From: an uncultured Gammaproteobacteria bacterium
GTDB taxonomy: Bacteria > Patescibacteriota > Microgenomatia > Levybacterales > UBA12049
NCBI GenBank assembly: GCA_964503265.1
Contig: CAZCYO010000004.1
Span: 82,098-146,097 of the forward strand
Length of the DNA stretch: 64,000 nt
Direction of reading: 5' to 3'
Shown: positions 59,312 through 64,000 of the stretch, in pieces
Layout of the letters: every line of letters begins with the position of its first letter
Numbering within the stretch: the stretch's first letter is position 1
The notes under the pieces: model-generated
The model's database searches: none
What the model was told of the DNA's origin: nothing
What the model saw: the letters and a program-made list of their open reading frames with translations, nothing else
Translations under genes and position numbers: made by a program

Positions 59312-60409
59312 ATGAAAAAATTACGTACTTCAAATAAACAATTGACACGCCGCCTAGGAACGCTGGGGCTTATCGGACTCATGATATTTGCAAGTATATT
59401 TAGTTACAGTAGCAAGAAGGCAGAAGCCGCACTTCTTTCCGCAGCTTCAGTTCAAATGAGTGATTCCCGTCCGAGTGGGACAAGCGTTACCTATACAGGC
59501 ACATTTACTTTTCCTGGTACAACCTCAATCAAGTGTATTGATATTATCTTTGGAAGTACTGCAGCGAATATTACTACGACACCCAATCCTGCAACCACTG
59601 CTCCAACAAGCATGACAACAACTTCAGCAGCAAAAGTTTCAGTGTCAGGAGGCGGATTAACGAATGGTAACTGGACACTATATAATTCAACCAATGGTAT
59701 TCTCCAATATGAATATTCGACAGGTAGTTCAACTACCGCTACTGCAGTCACCATCACCACAAGCGGCATTACGAATACAAGTAGTGGAACATTTTATGCG
59801 CAGGTCGCTACGTACTCTTCGTTATCAGGCAATACATGCTCGACACTTGTAGACACAAGTAATGTCATGGCATTAACAACTGTTGCAGGAGTCACAGCAT
59901 CTGTTAGTGTCGATCCAACAGTGTCATTCTCAGTCGCGAACTATGGAAGTGCAGTAAACAGTTCTGGTGACACGTCTCCAGTAACAACAACTTCTAGTAC
60001 TATTCCTTTTGGAACTGTCGCTGCTGGATCAACTTCATGGGGTTCACAGACATTAACGACTTCAACAAACGGTGCCAATGGATATACGCTCTATATTCGA
60101 GATACACAGTCACTCACAAACTCTAATTTAGATACGATTCGAAATCAATCAGGAACTGTTGGATCTCCAGCTTCGTTTGATGGGTCATCATCACAATCTT
60201 CATTTGGCTTTACAACTGACAGTAGTACTGTTTCCATGGGGTCGAATCAATGGGCAGGATTAACGACCTCAAACGTATCAATTCATACTCGAACTTCAGC
60301 TCAAAATGCGGATGCAATTCACGTACAATACAAAGCACAAATTAGTAATACTCAGCCTCCTGGAACCTATTCATCGGTTGTGATATACACTGTTGCACCT
60401 TCATACTAA
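59312..60409 (+). CDS. Secreted WxL-like (CscB/C-like) surface protein, module 3
   Basis: …SSTIPFGTVAAGSTSWGSQTLTTSTNGANGYTLYIRDTQS…. Terminal motif GTYSSVVIYTVAPSY. Confidence 0.5.
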   Translation: MKKLRTSNKQLTRRLGTLGLIGLMIFASIFSYSSKKAEAALLSAASVQMSDSRPSGTSVTYTGTFTFPGTTSIKCIDIIFGSTAANITTTPNPATTAPTSMTTTSAAKVSVSGGGLTNGNWTLYNSTNGILQYEYSTGSSTTATAVTITTSGITNTSSGTFYAQVATYSSLSGNTCSTLVDTSNVMALTTVAGVTASVSVDPTVSFSVANYGSAVNSSGDTSPVTTTSSTIPFGTVAAGSTSWGSQTLTTSTNGANGYTLYIRDTQSLTNSNLDTIRNQSGTVGSPASFDGSSSQSSFGFTTDSSTVSMGSNQWAGLTTSNVSIHTRTSAQNADAIHVQYKAQISNTQPPGTYSSVVIYTVAPSY

Positions 60410-60411
60410 GC

Positions 60412-61323
60412 ATGAAAAAACGATCTATTGTACTGAGTATAGTGTTCTCGCTACTGTTAGGTGTGGTTTTTTATGCCAAACTCCACGCACAGAAATCAAT
60501 TCCAGGACTCGTCGTCCATCCATCAAATCTAGAAATTGCACTCTCCCCTTCTGAATCAATCACGAAAGAAGTATATGTTGAGAATCAAAGCGAAAAAGCT
60601 ATCCAAATCTCAGCAACCTCTCGAAACTTCTCAGCCAGTGGAGAAGAAGGATCTGTCGAGTTCACCGATGAAACATCATCATTTTCTTTGGCTTCTTGGA
60701 TTAAATCAATACCAAAAACTGCCACAATTGCGCCTAAATCTTCTCAGAAATTTATCATAACGATTACTGCGCCTAAAAATGCTGAACCTGGTGGACATTT
60801 CGCCTCAGTTATCTTTGGCACACTTCCAGGAAAAGTAGCTGGTGGAACTGGAGCAGCGATTTCTCAAGAAGTCGCATCCCTCATCCTTGCGAGGGTTCCA
60901 GGAGATGTGAAAGAAGACGCAGCAGTTGAATCATTTGATACGGATAAACCATTTTATGAATTTGGGCCAGTGACATTTGATACACGTGTTTTAAATAAAG
61001 GACGAGTACATATAAAACCTGCTGGTGAAATTCTCATTACTGACATGTTTGGTCGCAAGATTTCAGTGCCTTTTAACAGTAATAACGTGCTTCCAAACGC
61101 AATTCGACGCATGGACACGACATGGAAAACACCATTTCTGATCGGTAAATATTCAGCGAAATTAATCGTCAGTTATGGTAGTAAAAATCAGAATCTGTAT
61201 GCTTCAACTGAATTTTACGCATTTCCAGTTCGATATGGCGCAATTGCACTCGTCGTCCTAGTACTCTTCTTCCTCATGCGACGAAGACTTGGAAAAGCAC
61301 TTAAAGCACTTATCAAGGGCTAA
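60412..61323 (+). CDS. CscA-like surface protein with C-terminal TM anchor, module 3
   Basis: …FGPVTFDTRVLNKGRVHIKPAGEILITDMFGRK… is paralogous to 57858. C-terminal TM plus MRRRLGKALKALIKG. Confidence 0.5.
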   Translation: MKKRSIVLSIVFSLLLGVVFYAKLHAQKSIPGLVVHPSNLEIALSPSESITKEVYVENQSEKAIQISATSRNFSASGEEGSVEFTDETSSFSLASWIKSIPKTATIAPKSSQKFIITITAPKNAEPGGHFASVIFGTLPGKVAGGTGAAISQEVASLILARVPGDVKEDAAVESFDTDKPFYEFGPVTFDTRVLNKGRVHIKPAGEILITDMFGRKISVPFNSNNVLPNAIRRMDTTWKTPFLIGKYSAKLIVSYGSKNQNLYASTEFYAFPVRYGAIALVVLVLFFLMRRRLGKALKALIKG

Positions 61324-61615
61324 GTACTAGCGCGAACAAACACATCCTATAACTTTACTTTTGCCTTTAGCTTCAATATAATCAGTAGATCTTTTATCTC
61401 GCTATACGCTTTTGCTGTAGTTGTGAGGTAAAATATCTTACTTTCTGTTTTCACAGAATAATCTCTTTTGGCACGTTAATAAATGAATCAGTGAAAAAAA
61501 CTCGCTCTTACTCGAGCAAGGTAGCAGGAAGAAAAGAATTTCTTTTTTCTTTCGACTGTCTTGCTTGGGCGGGGCGAGATATGAATGGTGAATTCCCTAT
61601 TCTACGGGAGGTCAC

Positions 61616-61835
61616 AATGAACTCAGACGAACAGCGGACCAACACAAATCTCGATGACGGATTCGTTCTCGCGACTGTCCATTCCAGCTGTTGTCTCAGG
61701 ATTGCCGAATTCGATCTCTCTATCTTGCGGCGCGTCTGCTCAGGCTGTGGCAAGGCGCTGGAAAACAGCGACCTGCTCACTGAAGAGCAGGCTGCTCAGC
61801 AGGCTGTTGAACTCGCCACGCTCGTCGCGGACTAG
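61616..61835 (+). CDS. Small Cys-containing (zinc-ribbon-like) hypothetical protein in GC-rich cassette
   Basis: RBS gggagg 8 nt upstream. MNSDEQRT…SSCC…CSGCGKAL…. The start is chosen internal to track ORF 61491. Confidence 0.3.
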
Positions 61836-61909
61836 TCTCACAGCAACTAATTGACCGATGGGAGAGATCGCCCGCCCACTCTCCCACTCTCTTTCGGAAA
61901 GGCCTGCCT

Positions 61910-62158
61910 ATGCACATATTACTTGCACCATGCAAACCTGATGAATTCAGGAATGCATATAAATGCCCTCTAGTAACATGCATCGAGGGCTGGTTCGAAG
62001 TCAAGCCATGGGCAGTTTCTCAGATGCAACAGATCGCTTCAGAAGCTACAACCGCAGGACATGTAGTCGTTTTCGAGCCCTTTCTCGGGCAAGACTACTA
62101 TCGTCTCTGCGTGTGGAAGCTGCATCGTAAGTCATCGACAAAACTCACCCTGATGTAG
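61910..62158 (+). CDS. Small hypothetical protein in GC-rich cassette
   Basis: 82-aa ORF, same strand as its neighbours. Weak RBS. Confidence 0.2.
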   Translation: MHILLAPCKPDEFRNAYKCPLVTCIEGWFEVKPWAVSQMQQIASEATTAGHVVVFEPFLGQDYYRLCVWKLHRKSSTKLTLM

Positions 62159-62172
62159 ATGAAGGAGGAATC

Positions 62173-62424
62173 ATGTCCGTAACAACAGTTGCCCAGACAT
62201 CCTTCGACAAATTCAAGCCACACCCGACTATGACTGGGGTTTACACCTCTGTCAATCTCAACCCAGAGCAGGTTCAAACAGCTAATCGCAGGAACCTGAC
62301 CATCGTCGCGATAAGTCAATTCCAGCACTGCGTGATCTGGGAAGGCCTCGACAGGGCCGCAGCGCTCGGTATGCACGAGATCTTGACGTTCGAGCAACGT
62401 AAGCGAGAACGAGAGATCATCTAA
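62173..62424 (+). CDS. Small hypothetical protein in GC-rich cassette
   Basis: Strong RBS gaaggagg 5 nt upstream of the ATG. 83 aa. Confidence 0.3.
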   Translation: MSVTTVAQTSFDKFKPHPTMTGVYTSVNLNPEQVQTANRRNLTIVAISQFQHCVIWEGLDRAAALGMHEILTFEQRKREREII

Positions 62425-62613
62425 CTGATTCACTAGCACCAATCCAAGAGAGAGGCGCTGCGAAGAGAAGAACATATTTCCGTTTGGAAACAATTTTGAG
62501 CCACAATGGCGTGACTCACAAATTTCCAAACGCTGTTCTTTCTCTTCCAGCGCCTTTTCGCGTTTAAGTGAGATACTAACAATTTAGCATCTCTTACTTT
62601 TAACTTTTAACTT

Positions 62614-64000
62614 TTAACTAGTCTCATTCCTCCGTCTATTATCACCAGCTGCATGAAGACCATGCTGAATGTTATTTCTCGCCCATTCGTAAATATTATG
62701 TTCATCAAGAAACGAGATCATTTGTTTGATGCGTTCTTTCTTTTCAACAAGCGGCATCTCAAGTGCTTTTTTAATTGCGTGAGAGACTTCTTCAATATCA
62801 TAAGGATTGACTATGATTGATGCTGTTAGATCAAGTGCTGAGCCAGCAAATTGTGACAGGATAAGCATTCCAGGATTTTCTGCGGTCGATGATGCTATGA
62901 CAAACTCTTTAGAAACGAGGTTCATTCCATCATCAAGTGGCGTCACCAAACACGCTGCAGCTTTATTATAAAAGTTAACGATGTCATCCCTTGAAAACGT
63001 CTGATAAATCATTTGTAACGGCTTCCAGACCTTCGTAGCATACTTTTTATTGATATTCTCAGCCAATGTTTCAACTTGTTTTCTAAGAACTTTATATGAA
63101 GGTATTTTCTCTCGTGATGGAGACATAATTCCTAGATAGATTACTTTCTCAATAAATTCCGGATTGTTCGCAAAAAAGGCGTCAAGCGCTTGTAAGCGAT
63201 AGAGTAATCCCTTTGTGTAATCAAGCCTGTCAATACCTAGTAGAACTTGGTATGTTTCAAAATATTGCGTGAAGGGGTCGGCCGTACTTCCCTGCTCTTC
63301 TTGTGTAACTTCAGGGATATCTAATACCTGTCTGATTATGTCTACTAAATAGGTTTGCTTTGGCTGTGGCGTCACGAGCTTTTTGATAACATCGGTATCA
63401 ACACCCATCGGTTGGCTCTCGACCAAGAGTGCATTCTCGTCAAAGTAAACAAGCCCCCGATCACGATCAATACGCGCTTCCATTTCTTGAGCTACGGTAT
63501 CGAGAAAGTTTCTAACTTGATAGTTTCGATGGAAGGCTAAGTAGTCACAGGAAAGAAGGCTCCAGAGAATATCTTTCTTATATGGCATGATTCGAAACGT
63601 CTCCCACGTCGGCCATGGAATATGCCAAAAATATGAAACGACTACATCTTTTTGCTTGCCGAGAAAGGTTGGGACAAGTGACAATTGATAATCATTGATC
63701 CACACGAACGTTTTACCGACGATTTCTTCCTGGATCGCCTCAGCAAACCGCCGATTTACAGCCTGGTAACCTTCATACCATTCTTGGCGAAATATCGGAC
63801 GTTCAAATGTCGTATGACACAGTGGCCACAGCGTTTGATTTGAGAATCCGAAATAATACTCATCAATCTCCTGTTCACTAAAAAAGAGCCGCTTTAATGT
63901 ATAGTCTCCGTCTACTGTCTCTATCTTCACTTTTCCCTGCTCGTTTACTACCTGTTGATCGCCAGATGTTTTACCTCGGGCGATATATGTAGCATTCGTC
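62614..64000 (-). CDS. otsA: Alpha,alpha-trehalose-phosphate synthase (GT20), 5'-partial at window edge
   Basis: NQTLWPLCH, WINDYQLSLVP, FWHIPWP and the …GMNLVSKEF…SQFAGSA… motifs are canonical OtsA. The reading frame stays open past nt 64000. Confidence 0.85.
   Translation of the reverse strand, partial: TNATYIARGKTSGDQQVVNEQGKVKIETVDGDYTLKRLFFSEQEIDEYYFGFSNQTLWPLCHTTFERPIFRQEWYEGYQAVNRRFAEAIQEEIVGKTFVWINDYQLSLVPTFLGKQKDVVVSYFWHIPWPTWETFRIMPYKKDILWSLLSCDYLAFHRNYQVRNFLDTVAQEMEARIDRDRGLVYFDENALLVESQPMGVDTDVIKKLVTPQPKQTYLVDIIRQVLDIPEVTQEEQGSTADPFTQYFETYQVLLGIDRLDYTKGLLYRLQALDAFFANNPEFIEKVIYLGIMSPSREKIPSYKVLRKQVETLAENINKKYATKVWKPLQMIYQTFSRDDIVNFYNKAAACLVTPLDDGMNLVSKEFVIASSTAENPGMLILSQFAGSALDLTASIIVNPYDIEEVSHAIKKALEMPLVEKKERIKQMISFLDEHNIYEWARNNIQHGLHAAGDNRRRNETS

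Noticed and set aside
61995-62020. tRNA-like T-loop sequence ggttcgaagtc
   Set aside because: No acceptor or anticodon stems can be built around it, and it lies inside a small ORF. No tRNA was called anywhere in the window.
62098-62529. 143-aa minus-strand ORF overlapping the small plus-strand genes
   Set aside because: The plus-strand ORFs carry better RBSs (especially gaaggagg before 62173). Strand assignment in this GC-rich cassette is nevertheless uncertain.

Overview
This window reads as an AT-rich (~38% GC) bacterial chromosome segment with a small-genome, episymbiont-like character (Patescibacteria/CPR-like); that assignment is an inference, not a database result. Content, start to end: housekeeping genes for DedA, NUDIX, RDD and PAP2-family proteins; a putative metal (Cu/Fe) handling cluster; galU; the universal secE-nusG-rplK-rplA block. 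That block is split from its usual partners rplJ-rplL by a ~20 kb island (13.9-33.6 kb) of giant secreted/surface proteins. The island proteins share a conserved N-terminal anchor motif and carry S-layer-homology (SLH)-like modules, dockerin-like C-termini, a parallel beta-helix module, PKD domains and fibronectin type III (FN3)-like tandem repeats. Several are fused to extracytoplasmic redox-enzyme domains: one PQQ-type sugar dehydrogenase-like beta-propeller and three tandem FAD-oxidoreductase-domain paralogues. rplL is followed by a terminator and a 634-aa orphan gene instead of rpoB. After that come a helix-turn-helix (HTH) excisionase-family gene and a GC-rich (~54%) segment that looks foreign. 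Next is an envelope cluster (LytR_C protein, large membrane protein, class A beta-lactamase-like hydrolase), then a 2809-aa giant repeat protein and a putative HTH + PIN-like pair. The most striking feature is a three-fold tandem array of two-gene modules. Each module pairs a degenerate WxL-like protein with a DUF916/DUF3324-like protein that has a C-terminal anchor, resembling the Csc/WxL cell-surface complex loci of Lactobacillales. A second small GC-rich cassette and a partial otsA close the window. No rRNA, tRNA or CRISPR array was found.
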